Source: Stegostoma tigrinum
Lineage: Eukaryota
NCBI RefSeq assembly: GCF_030684315.1
Contig: NC_081366.1
Coordinates: forward strand, 7,192,001 to 7,256,000
Direction: 5' to 3'
Length of the DNA: 64,000 bases
Shown piece by piece: positions 24,992 to 37,589 of this stretch (the first letter of the stretch is position 1; each line of letters begins with the position of its first letter). The translations under genes were made by a program, and so were the position numbers. The notes under the pieces are model-generated. The model saw only the letters and a program-made list of their open reading frames with translations. It searched no databases and had not been told where the DNA came from.

Positions 24992-27379
24992 TTATTTCTC
25001 CATATCACCAATATTAATATCATCCAGAGGCAATGTCGGGTCACACGGTTTTAAGAACAAAAAGTCGCTCTTAGAGGATTCGGGAGAGAGACAGACAGTG
25101 TAATTGTATGATGCACGAACAGGCAGAGTTTGAGCAGAATCTAGATAACTTAAACTTGCTTTTCCGACGTCTCTGCACTGAGAGGCATCGGCTGAATTCC
25201 TTTGTCTGTAACAACGGATTCTGGACGTGTAACAGCACGTATTCCTATCTTGTTTGCATTTCACAGCCACCAGAAAAACTATTATAAAGAGAAATATGCC
25301 GGAAGTTGAGCTTAAAATTATGATCAATAGAAAATTTAAATCTGAAAATAATTCAGGATTTTTCGGTTGTCTTTTTTGTTCAAAGGTATTTTCGGTAATG
25401 TTACCTTGGCCTGACAACAGAATTGAGACTGTGCTCGAGAGACTCGGCTGTCCATTGTCTTTGACCAAAACTATGAGAGTCTGTCTGAGAGCATCTTGCT
25501 CCCTAAAATTTCGCGTTATTCTAATTTCCCCAGAGGTAAATCCGACACTAAAAATACGGTGATCAGTAGCTTCTATGATTTGATAGGAAAGTCGTGCATT
25601 CTGTCCAGAATCTGCGTCTGTAGCAATTACCTTGGTCACCAAGGATCCGGGAAGTGCCGAATTTGACGCAATCACAATCGAACTGTTGTTTGAAGGTGAC
25701 AAAATGACTGGGGCATTGTCGTTTTGGTCCAAAATAATAACATTGACGAGAGCAGTGCTGGTGAGCGATGGAGTTCCATCATCCCGAGCCTGAACTTTGA
25801 TCTTAATTTTTTTCTGCACTTCATAGTCAAAAGAGCCTAGCGCGTAAATGCACCCACTTTCGGAGTTAACACTAAAGTGGCCAGACGCAGAACTTTCAGG
25901 TATGAAACTGTCCAATAAGAAATACGATATCTCGCTATTCTTGCCCAAGTCCGGGTCTAAAGCGGTGACAGCAAATATTGATGCACCTGGAGCATTGTTT
26001 TCCATCAAGAACACATTATATAACGGCTGTGTAAACTGCGGCGCATTGTCATTTATATCAGAAATTGAAATGTGGATAATTTTATTTGTGGAAAGAGAGG
26101 GTGACCCAGCATCCCGGGCCGAAATGGAAACGTTATAGGACGGAGAGATTTCTCGATTCAGTGAGTCACTCACTACGAAATTGTATTGCCTGTTCGAAGA
26201 TTTTTGGAGTTTAAATGGGATATTTGGTGGCAGCTGACATTGCACTTGTCCATTTTCGCCTGAGTCACGATCCATTGCATCTATTATAGCGATCACAGTA
26301 CCTCTTGCAGCATCTTCACGTACCTCGATGGGTAGCGAGTTTATTTTTAACTCCGGCGCGTTATCATTAACGTCAAGTAATTCAACAAGAACCTCGGCGC
26401 GCCCAATTAATGCGGGCGTACCATTGTCCACAGCTTCTATATCAAGTTGGTAAACCTTCTCTTCTTCATAGTCCAGTGGCCCTTCAACTCTGATCTGTCC
26501 AGTTACGGGGTTCAAATTGAACAATTCACTCACACTGCGAGAAACATGATTGCTAAAATAGTACTTTACTTCACCGTTTGTTCCCTGGTCTAAATCAACA
26601 GCATTTATTCTCATGATCAAGGTACCTTTAGGTAAATTTTCCAATGCGTTAATTCTATATATCTGATGATCAAATATTGGGGCATTATCATTTCCGTCCA
26701 GTACAGTGATGACTATTTCTGCAGTACCAGATCTACGAGGAGTCCCGCCGTCAACGGCCGTCAGTATCATTTGAAAACTAGAGTGTTGCTCGCGGTCTAA
26801 CGGGTTTTCTAACACCAGCTCTGCAATTTTACTGCCATCGCTTCTGATCCGAGTCTTCAGGCCAAAGTGCTTATTTGTGCTGATTTCATAATTACTCACC
26901 GCATTTGTACCTACATCTGCATCGTGCGCTTTCTCCAGTGGGAAAAGAGCTCCTGCTGTAGTTAATTCAGATATTTGCAAAGCGTATTTCATTTTAGGAA
27001 ATCTGGGCGAGTTATCATTTACATCCAATATCTCCACGTCGACACGATGCATTTCCAATGGATTTTCTACCGCTATATCCTGAGAAACAGAACAAGATGC
27101 ACTTCGTCCGCAGAGAATTTCCCTGTCGATTCTCTCGTTCACAACTAAAATACCATTCCCTATGTTCACCTTAAATAATTGCTTTCCGTCTTCAGAGACG
27201 AGCCGAAATTTGCGAAATGACATCTCTCCAATGGTTAGGCCTAAATCCTCTGCGATATTCCCAACAAAAGCACCGCGCTCCATTTCTTCTGGGATCACGT
27301 AATGCGTTTGAGCGAAAATTAGATCTGAAACGCAAGTCAGGAATACGAAATAGAACAGCCGGTTGAGTCTTATCGCCAT
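24992..27379 (-). CDS. Clustered protocadherin large exon, copy B (795 aa from the ATG at 27379)
   Basis: Same domain layout as copy A. The ATG at 27379 (MAIRLNRLFYFVFL) aligns with the starts of copies A and C and shares their context CCGGAACAATGGCG. The 53-codon upstream extension in the ORF track is not conserved in A or C. Confidence 0.95.
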   Translation of the reverse strand: MAIRLNRLFYFVFLTCVSDLIFAQTHYVIPEEMERGAFVGNIAEDLGLTIGEMSFRKFRLVSEDGKQLFKVNIGNGILVVNERIDREILCGRSASCSVSQDIAVENPLEMHRVDVEILDVNDNSPRFPKMKYALQISELTTAGALFPLEKAHDADVGTNAVSNYEISTNKHFGLKTRIRSDGSKIAELVLENPLDREQHSSFQMILTAVDGGTPRRSGTAEIVITVLDGNDNAPIFDHQIYRINALENLPKGTLIMRINAVDLDQGTNGEVKYYFSNHVSRSVSELFNLNPVTGQIRVEGPLDYEEEKVYQLDIEAVDNGTPALIGRAEVLVELLDVNDNAPELKINSLPIEVREDAARGTVIAIIDAMDRDSGENGQVQCQLPPNIPFKLQKSSNRQYNFVVSDSLNREISPSYNVSISARDAGSPSLSTNKIIHISISDINDNAPQFTQPLYNVFLMENNAPGASIFAVTALDPDLGKNSEISYFLLDSFIPESSASGHFSVNSESGCIYALGSFDYEVQKKIKIKVQARDDGTPSLTSTALVNVIILDQNDNAPVILSPSNNSSIVIASNSALPGSLVTKVIATDADSGQNARLSYQIIEATDHRIFSVGFTSGEIRITRNFREQDALRQTLIVLVKDNGQPSLSSTVSILLSGQGNITENTFEQKRQPKNPELFSDLNFLLIIILSSTSGIFLFIIVFLVAVKCKQDRNTCCYTSRIRCYRQRNSADASQCRDVGKASLSYLDSAQTLPVRASYNYTVCLSPESSKSDFLFLKPCDPTLPLDDINIGDMEK

Positions 27380-27655
27380 TGTTCCGGATTCGATCCAATT
27401 GTATATCTGCCAAAATGCTGACCAACCTCGTTGTTTTACATCGCTCTCTGTGAAATGAAATAAATTATCTGATGAAGAAAAATAATAACGTTGAAACGAT
27501 AGACGTGAAATCTCTAACTGACCAATCTTTCGGTGCAAAATGGATTAGGTGCTGGCGACTTTGTCCAGCTCTTTGCTCTGCGCTGTGTTTCCTATGATAG
27601 GAGGGGTGGGGGCGGGGTGTGGGGAGATAGATCTCTTGCAACGTTTGGTTTTCTT

Positions 27656-27685
27656 ATTGGTAGACAGCGACACAAAGAGTCCTTA
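27656..27685 (-). promoter_or_regulatory. Protocadherin promoter CSE, copy B
   Basis: Identical 30-mer to copy A, 277 bp upstream of the ATG. Confidence 0.85.
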
Positions 27686-29899
27686 ATCATTATTGCACCA
27701 AGCATTTCTTAAAGCAGAATTGCTCCCAACGATGAACAGTAACTCGAATCGTATATTTAGTAGTGCGCAATTAAAATCCCCTCGCGCTGGTTCATATTGT
27801 CCAAGGTTGTTTTTTTTTTCGCGAAAGGCAATTGTTTGCCATTGAAAATCAATTGTGTAATTTAGAAATAAACTGTCTTTAACTCAGGTGAAATAATTTA
27901 AGGGTCGTCAATCTTATTATTTAAAAACTTTACATTAGTGCCTGTTGGGTTAAATCTACCTGATTCAAAAATGTGAAATTTGTTGAAAAAAACAATCTTT
28001 GATGCGGGTGTATCGATTTGAAATCCATGTTTCTGCTGATTTTAATTACTAATTATTAATTTTAATTATTGGGCAGACCCAAAATGAAGGCAACAGTTTT
28101 TTTCTTGCTGTATTGTGTTTTTGTTGAACTGTTTTTTCTACAGTTAAAATCAATCTTTTGAGTTGAAAACTGACAAGAAAACTCATTACATTAATCCAGA
28201 GTATCTTGACATTAATAGATTTTATAGCAACTACCAACTATGGAATTTAGTAAAGATGGTGCCCATACGACATTTGGTGCAGTACATGTCTAATGTAATC
28301 TGCATACAATTTACATGCAACTTTAGGATGGTTTATCCTGTTAATCGCGAAGCAACTGTTAGATATGATACATAATTTAATTCTGGGTGAAAACAAATTT
28401 ACAACCCATGATAAATGAGAACAGTATAAATATTCGGAAGTTGTTCTCTAGAACGGAGAGGAGGTGCTTCAGAAACCCAATGGTTTAGAGTGCTGGTTTA
28501 TTCATTCCTGATTCTTCTCAATCTCTGGTAATTGAATGATTGGAACTTTCTTCACTTTTCCTTCGAATATTTGGCTCGTTGCAAAGAAGATGATGTCTCT
28601 TTTCCCTGCAACCGCTCCCTCTCTCACAGTCTTTCTGTGAACGTTACTTCTCCACCTCAATATATTTTAGTTTGCAAACTGGAAATCTGTAGTGTCAATC
28701 ACCAATCTGAAAATTTTAAGTCAATGACTTGGACTGCTACTGAAGATGTTGGGATGACCATTGTCACTTGCCTGCCCGCACTCAACAGTAGATTGTTAAA
28801 TATATATATATATATTTCTCTCAAAACGGTACATTGATAGTAGAGTAGCTTAGTTGCATAGCAGAAATTGTTGCGAGTTCACTAGGCCTTCATAACCTAA
28901 GTATTTCACGTAATTCTTAAATCTTTTCTTTTGATTTCATGTGATCGCTATATGCAAAGATAGTTTCTGCTGTAACAACAGTCATATTAAATCACAAGCC
29001 ATATAGTAAATAATAAGAAAACTCCTCTTTGAAAGGAAACTAATTTCCAACGCTGCTCTCTTTGAGAAGGGAAAATGCCTTTAGACATTCACAACTAATC
29101 TCTCCAGTCTTAAAGTGCAAGGTTGATTCCCTAATATTTTGATTACCTTTTACAGAAAACATGCAAATAATATCAGACCGGTTGATATCAGCCAGAAAGT
29201 GACTACTTAACATGAACCAACATTCTCAGTGAAGGGATCCAGGTGACATTGTATACACAGTCGTGCCAATTGTTCTCTCCTAGCATTCCAGTTTATTTTT
29301 CATCTGGGTGATACTAACTAGATGTGATCATGATGCATTTATCATTTAGAGGATTTATTTGAAGTACAAGGATTGTGGGAGGGTTTGGTGGCCAAATGGA
29401 GAAATAGAATAAATGCAACATGCTGATGGAGTCATTTTCACTTACTCTCTGACTTGAGAAGTATGGACAAAGAGAAATGTCTTCCTTTTACATTTGATTT
29501 AGAATGTTAGAAACAGAAGGCAGATTTCCAGATGGGATAACTAGCGCAACCAAACCATTTTTCATTGTCCTAATATTAACTAGTAGGTCTGCATTTGGAC
29601 ATTCTGCATATGAAACTCAGGATTGACACTTTCTGAACACTCATGCCACCAGTGAGTTGTTCTAGGTGTCGGATGAAGACGACTTACAGCACAACCCAGG
29701 GTTTCTCAACAACACACGTAAGGCACTCCTCTGTCAGGGCAAACAGTAGTAGAATCGAAACTGTTTCATGTCTGATAATCATGTATGCACTCGTAAGTCA
29801 GAGTGACAACCAATCTACTTTTTGTTCCTTTTCCAAATTTTGGCAGCCTGTTTCTTCTTGTTTTGTTCTCCACCAGCATTTCTCTGCTTTTTAGTTTCT

Positions 29900-29941
29900 T
29901 CCCCCTCCCCCCCCCCCCCCGCCCCCCCCCCCCCCCCCGCC
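29900..29941 (+). repeat. Poly-C tract
   Basis: Interrupted C run, giving a G-run on the minus strand. Confidence 0.9.
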
Positions 29942-30244
29942 ACATATTGAGTTGCTGGATTCCTCCCTCTATTTTCCTGGTTCTACTTTGAAACTATCCA
30001 AACATCATCTGAGGACTTTCGATAATCATTGGCACTATTTGGCACATACAGTTACAACAAAATATTATGCTTGGACTTAAAAGATTCTGATTTTTCAGTT
30101 CATCTGTACCTAATTGTGGAGTTTTCTTATTAACTATTTACCACACCTCTTAGTTTTCAACTGTCTGGTCACACATGCGCCTTACTTTATATTTATTGTA
30201 ATGACCTCTCACCAATACTACTTTGATATAAAAGTCAGTTCCTA

Positions 30245-33200
30245 TTTATTTTCATTGGCGGTCCCTTGCTGACAAGGATGGCTCTCTTCCCTTCTCAGGG
30301 TGAGTCTGCAGATGACTGCACAGAGCAATGTGGCTGCTGCAGGCTTTGTTACACTTGAGAGAGAAGGTGCAGGAAGAGGTGGGTGGGGAGTTAATGTAGC
30401 AGCACGCTCCTTTTGCTGTTTTCATCTGGCTTACACTTTCTTACAATGGCAATTCTTGAAGTGCACAACACAACAACCTTGGGCCAGTGATTCCAAGATG
30501 TGTGTGGGAATGCTTCACTTCACCAGTGAGGCCTTGAGGGTAAAATTGATGCATTTCCTCTCTTCTCCTCGGGATCGAGTGCCATTTCAAAGCTGCGAAT
30601 AGAGCACCTGGTTGGGGATTCTCATTTCAGTCAAATGGATGATGTGTTAAGGCCATAATAGCTGATCAAGGGCAGTCAGTGATTTGCTGTTGGGGATATT
30701 GACCTGGTCAAGGATGCTCGTGTACCTTTGTTGCCAGCTGATTCACAGGATCTTGTACAGGTGGCATTGGTGGTTCTACTCAAGCAACGTGAGGGGTTTG
30801 CTGTTGACATTTCAGGTCTGAGAGCCGTACAAGAACGAGGGAACCACTCCACAGATCTGTAAACCGAACACCCTTTTCCTCAGGCGACTCTGGATCCCTT
30901 CCTCTACAGTTGATTGGTTCAACAGTACAATTCTGAAGTATTGGAAGTGATCAACATTCTCCAAGGACTCTACGTGGACCTTGATGATTAGAGGTTCCCT
31001 CCACAATGTCAGGCCATTTTGGCTGAGGACTTCGTTTTGTGGATGAGCAGGATGAGAACCATGCTCTCATATTCCCCCATAAATGTGTTGACGATGATCT
31101 GGAGTACATAATCTGAGACTGCACATGCGCAAGCATCATCTACATGAGAATCTTGTCAGTGATGAGGAGAAGCTACACAGTGAGGTAGATTGAGAACAGT
31201 GTTGCGATAATGACACTGCCTTGCTTGACACCATCCTGCACAGGGAATGGGTCAGTGGTGAAGCCATTTGTCATTTTTACGATTTCCATGTCTTCATGGA
31301 GCAGTTGCAGCATGATGCCAAACTTCATGGTGCAACCTAAGTGAATAATGATCCTCCGTGTGGCTTCCCAATAGAATGTATTAAAGGCATTTAAATGTTT
31401 GAAGAGGGTCCCGTACAGGGGTAGGTTTTCTTACTCTATATTTCTCCTTTAGTTGTCATGTGTCTCAATTCATATCCATTGTGCACCTCATGGTTGGAAG
31501 CCACATTGTAATTTTGGGAGGAGTTCCTCAGTCACATAGAGGACACAGTTGAGGAGGACCTTGGGGATGACTTTTCCAATGGTTGATAGCAGGGAGATCC
31601 CCTGTAGTTACTGCAATTGGACTTGTTCCCTTTTTTGAAAATGCTCACAATGGTAGCATCTTGGAGCACTGCTGGGTTGTTATCCTCCTTCCAGATAAGG
31701 CAGAAAACGACATAAAGCTTCAACAGGAGCTCTTTACCCCCACACTTAAATGCCTTAGTGGGGATACTGTCTGCTCCAGCAGCGTTGTTGTTGTTAAGCT
31801 GGCAGACAGCAGATTTCTCTGCTTCCTGCTGGGCTGGGCTGTTGCTGACATCCATTCAATGATGCTCCAATCAACGACAGACCATTGGTTGATGAGGACT
31901 CTGATGTGTCCCCCGTGTTGTTTGATGGTATCTTTATCTTTGGTAGGAGTCTCTCTGTCCTTGGCCAACTGTGGGGGCTGGGGGGTGGAGGGAGGGTGCT
32001 TTGGTATTTCGTCCATAGGTGGTCTCAAAAACACAGAACAAACCATGCATATCATGGTTGTCAGCATTCACTGGGGCTCCAGTGCTTTCTTCATATACCC
32101 GCTGAAATTTATCTTGCAGGTTTGTTGTTGAACCTCGGCCTTCAGTTACATTTTAGCCTGTCTTTCCTCTTCTGAGTTCCATCTGTTCTGAGGAAGGGTC
32201 AATGGACCTGAAATATTAATTCTGATTTCTCTTCACAGATGTTTAATGCTCTAAAGTGCCATGCTGTTCCAGCATAATATTTTTAGATTTTCTGATCATT
32301 CTCATCTAACCAGTTTTGGTGTTTCCTTGTTCAGTGACTGACCAGGTTTTTTTTTCAAGTATTGATGATGGTGGTCTCAAGGTCAGACCAGAGATTGTTG
32401 GGATTCCGTGACTCAACACAGTCAAAGGTGTTAGGTTTGTGGAGAGAATGTGGTTGCATGAGGCCATTTTTTCCCCTGCCTCTGAGTGCTTCAATGTTGA
32501 ACTTTTTATGGCACTACTTCTGCCGCCTCCACTGTGGCAGGGATAGATTTCTGTTGATCGTGGATGGGATCTTGCAATGCTCTGTCCAGCAGCCATCTGC
32601 TCTTTTCATGGTGAGAATAATGTTAATGTCATTCCGATTCCTCACTTTGACCATGACACAGTCAAGGAGGTGTCAGCGTTTGGATTATGGGTGTTGCCAT
32701 GTGTTCTTGTCCCTTTGGCAGGACAGTGTATTGCTGATGAGGATGTTGACTTAGCAGAATTTGGCCAGGAGAAGGGTGTCATTGGAGGTTTCCTTCCTTA
32801 CTGCCATTTTCCCAATTACACGATTACAAAGTTGTGCACTTTTGCTGACTGGTTTATTGGTGGACTTGTAGTTTATCCAATACATATAGCTGTGAAAGAG
32901 ATTGTTCAACATTGGAGTAGAAGTCCTCCTTAACTTCAGCTACTGCATCGAGCAACCGTGAATATGCACTGAAAACCATAACACACAGGTTCCAATCACA
33001 GATGAATCGGAGTGTCATGAAATATCCACTCCTTCTGCAGGGGAGTCTTTGAATTAGCCCACCAGTTCATTTGTGAAGATAAAGCCAACTCCATGGATGT
33101 GACACACTTTCTTGGTCTTGTCTTTCAAGAAAAATGCTTAACAACCAACCTGTTCTCTGAGCTGCCCTTCCTCTGCCATCGGGTTTCACTCAGGGCTGCG

Positions 33201-33420
33201 ACGTCAATTTCATAGCTCCTGAGCTCCAAAGCAGTGATGGTGGTGTGACACTTCAGTTTGTCACTAGTGGGACTGTCCATAACAGTCTTCACATTCAGTG
33301 TCCCAAACTTTAACCGGTTGGTGTGGAAGATGTCTGTGCAAGAGTTCTTTTAACATAAGGAAACTACTACACTCTGGTTATAATGTGGGTTTAGGAGGGT
33401 ATAGTCTTGGATAAGTCACG
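30245..33420 (-). mobile_element. Decayed RTE-clade LINE
   Basis: Endonuclease start KFGTLNVKTVMD near 33275-33310. RT-N region AAGADSIPTKAFKCGG...LQDATIVSIFKKGNKSNCSNYRG (31532-31855) and LENVDHFQY (30812-31006). It interrupts intergenic homology with unit A. Confidence 0.75.
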
Positions 33421-33644
33421 AGGGGTGTCGAAGACCACGCATTGCGATTTGACCTTAGACTTCCTGCGGTGGAGTGCAGACAAATATTTCGCTGCAGGGC
33501 AGTAACCACCCCGGGTTACTGCGAGGTCAGAGGTGAGGAGAGTGGGAGGAAAGAGAGAGGACAAGAATGCCTGCGCAGCTTCTGGCATTGTGCTGGCCAT
33601 TATCTATCTGTGATATGGACATTGCAGAGCTGGGGTGAGGATTT

Positions 33645-34205
33645 CTAAGATCAGTGGGTTGACGGAGGTTGTAAAATCACTGGGCTGGGCACACAGGGCG
33701 CTTATAAAGAAGAGCATCAGCTGGGCTGGGGGTTTGTTACATCATTGAATTGGTGTGTGAGAAGTTTATACGATTACTGGGCTTCTAGGAGTTTATGTAG
33801 TTTCTGAGCTGGGGGTGTGTTGTAAGATTACTGGGCTGGGGCGATTACCAAAGCACTGCTATGGGCAGGAGCGTTTTATAAATCATTAGGCTGTCTAGTG
33901 TTGTTAATAAGGGAAAAATATCACAGGGTTGTGGGGTGTTATAAAATTACCGGGTAAGGCATAGAAACACTAGGCTGGGGGGTTGTTATACAAGTGTTTG
34001 GGTTATATAAACATTGGATTCGGGGTTGTCTTATAAAATTATAAAAGCAGTGGGTTGGGGGTTTATATATGCACTCGAGTGGGAGTGTGACGAAATTACT
34101 GGGCTAGGGAAATTGTCATAAAATTATTGGGGTTTATATAAAGATTAGGCTGGGGAATTAGACAAATACTGGAATGAGAGTTGTTGTAACATTATTAAGG
34201 GGTTA
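33645..34205 (+). repeat. Degenerate minisatellite-like array
   Basis: Recurring (A)CTGGGCTGGGGG...TTATAAAA(T) units about every 25-35 bp. Confidence 0.65.
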
Positions 34206-37200
34206 ACGAAATCGCTGGAAAAGTAGTCATTTTTGTACACTTGCACCATATGCCAAGTTCATGTCATGCATGATTTTCAGCTGACCTTGTCGAAAGATCT
34301 AAATGGAGGAGAAGGCATATACGTCCTTACTGCGAGGTCTTCGTCTTTCACGTGGAGATGAAATCACCCGATTTATTTCTCCTTACATAGAAAAAATCAT
34401 CAGTACAGCCATATATATTTCCAAGACAGCTCCAAAGCTGTCAATGAATCAACTTTGTCCACACATTGTTTTCAAATGATATATTCTATTTACTGTATCT
34501 AAAGTAAGTTATGCCATTCCATGTTGTGTCATTTTCCCCATCATTATTGTTTTATTCTAATGGGATCATCAAATTAAATACCAATCAAGTGATTCAGGCG
34601 CTCTGAAGAAACTTTATCGTTCAAAACATTATTCACAATATTTCACAAAACTGAATTCAATCATTTCTGTATGGTTCCAAGTATGATGACTCAGTTCTAT
34701 TTACGTGTCCTTTCTTAAAACATACATGCAATTTTCTGAGAAATAACTGGCTAGATTGTGCCGACCTTACCTTCCTTTAAACTTATTCCGAACCAAATAT
34801 GGCAACAACATTCTCGAGGTTTTGCTTTGTGTTCCCCTGAGCACTGGTGCTCGGCTGGCAGATTCTGTCAGTTGACAAATCATTTACTTCTGACGCAACT
34901 TTTCGCATTCTGATGCAATTTAAAACTACCTACGCTGCTTCCATTTATTTTTTGGTTGCCTATTGAGCCGTGCAATTGCTTCCCATTGGTTGTTGAAATA
35001 GAAACTGAGGAAATTATTTTTGTCAATTCCATTTTCAGAAATCATCTAAGCTCGATAATTTTCCGCAATGCTTTCGCATTGAATTAAAAAAAGTGATAGG
35101 AGTCAGTAGTGTTATTTACTTTTCCAACGCGTTGTCTCCGAGTATAACAAAATATATTATTGCTCTTTCGACCAAATTTGACAAGTGGAGTCAGTTCTTC
35201 AGTCTCCAATATTCCTGGTTTCCCCACTGTGTAGTCGACACTTGGGTAGACCCAAAACTGTTTAAAAATGGTAAATAACATCCAGTCTGCCTCTATGCAT
35301 TAGCCCACTTGGATAATAATATCCAATCATAACTACATTTAGGAATGTAAATTTTTCAATTTGGAAATTGGAAAATTTATGGTAAAATTGTAAACAGCTG
35401 TGGGCAGAAATAACTAGTGCTCTTCTCAGTTGAAAACCGACAGGACCCAAGACACGAAGTGACAACATTCGGTAATTTGACATATTTTGTTTTAAGATTA
35501 TCCTGAAATCTGCCGGTAATCGCAATCTGTGTTGAAATTTCATTGACTTTTCTTTGACGTTAAAATATGCTGATTGTCTAAAAACAAGTACATTCTTACA
35601 TAATACAAACTTGAAAAATATGTATGCATGCAAATAAGCTACTTGTCCCTCCCATTTTTGGCAAGTTCCCACAAATTTCAAACTCAAATTCAAATTGAAT
35701 GTCTGCTAAATTCAGTTTACTTCTTTGCGGGAAAAAGTTGCGACTTCCACAGCACAGGATGCTTTTTTTTTGTAAAAATTAAATTTGAAAAATAAAGTTT
35801 TCACCACTTCCAAACATTTAAGCTTCTTTCTACTGTAATTTTGTTTCTTTTTACAACACTGTGTTAGAACAGATTTAACCAGAAGGAAATGAATGCTTGA
35901 AATGCAGAAGTGATATAATCTCTTTGTAAGTACGATCTAATTTTCACTGTGGACCTCTAACTTCGCTGGGGGAAAGAGCTTGTGCAAATTGTGAAGTTTT
36001 TGCTACCTTTGCTCCATGGCTCTCCATCTGTTGCTTTGTGTTAGCTTTGTTCTGCCTAAAACTGTATGCGTGCTTTCCGTCATTTTAGGAACAATCGGTC
36101 AGAATAATAACCGATATTAATTGTGTGACTTCACTCGTTGGAATCACTGGGGGATTTTTTTTTCTCCCACGCTTTCCCAGAAACACCATAGTTATCAGCC
36201 CTTTGTATGAGATAGCAGTCATAACATCCCGCTGTTTGCAGATTTATGCCTGAACCTTTTTTTGATCCCAGCACTCAGTCAGATTTTCTCAACATTCAAT
36301 TCAATGCCACGTGACCTATGTTTTGAATCTTCTCAGAATTTGTGGTCAGCATTTAGTGGACCTTGGGCAAGAATCCCAGTAATAGTGCCAAGTGAGTCAC
36401 TGGCAACTCGCAGTAACTGCTGAAGGTCTGCTCCATCAGCTAGACAGGTTAGAGGTCTTCAGCACACATCTTACCAGCGACGGGAAAACATGTTTCCCAG
36501 GGAGGCATGTAGCATCAGAAGTAACTCTGCTTGTTAACCGAGCATTGTTGTGTATCACGGAGTGACCTGTCGAACCCGTTCTGAAACTCATTGCCCTCTG
36601 TTTCTGCCTCTCTCTGCCTGAATGCTGTTCAACACTTTCGCAAATACTCTGTGGGAGAGCGAGCAGGTGGGGTAGACTTGCTCACCTTCTCAGGCTGTTA
36701 CGCGTGATATTTACCACAACAATCGCAAGGCCAAATGCAGAAGAAACAGCATATTTGGGGCCCCTCTTTACACAATGTCCAGTGGTCCTCAACGGCTGTT
36801 GCCTAATAAAATGCGAACTTAGTCAAATTTGACGGCTGCGCAGTCCGCAGGTTTTGTATGCGCAATTGTTCAGCCGCCCTGTTTATTCACTGATGCACAA
36901 TCCAATGCGCCATTGATTGATGGCTGGAGCACTGCAGAAAGAGGATGTAGCAGCTTGGGAGATGAGGTAATCACCACTTTTTGGGTCCTTTCCTTCCTCT
37001 GAGTGAGTCTTTTAATAACACTCATGAAAAGTCTGGCAAAGAAATCGGTAGTTACTTTTCATTAAACTGGAATATCCAGAAGGGTAAAACCAACAGTTTA
37101 AAACAAGCAGCAATCTTTCTTTGTAATTAAAGAAACAACTGATGAAGAGTGAGCGTCTATGAATTAGTGAAAAATATGCTCAAATGAAAATTGCCAGAAA

Positions 37201-37589
37201 ATTATACTTCATTTGAAAATACATGATTGTAAATCGTATCTCCACTTATGTTGTCCATTTACATCCAAAATTGCAATGCGTGACACAGGCCACAGTTTCC
37301 GAAGGTATTACAATTATTATAGCGTCCCTTGAAATCCTTCTGTTCAGTCGGAATATTTTCTTTTGAAGTTTTAGATAGGTGATGCATTCCTAAACTATCG
37401 GGTAACATTTTGGAACATATTTTCATGGATTTCACGCATTTGAAACAGGAATTGCAACAGTTCTGTTTCAAATTTTATGATAACAATTTTAATATATTCC
37501 TTTCCAGCCTTTTAAACTATGACCTCAATATTAAGAAAAATTAATGAGGCAGTCAAAATAGCGCCAGTGGTATATCAAAACAGAAAAAA

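Noticed and set aside
27380-27538. 53-aa N-terminal extension of protocadherin copy B in the ORF track
   Set aside because: It starts at a non-ATG codon, is not open in copies A and C, and would precede the signal peptide.
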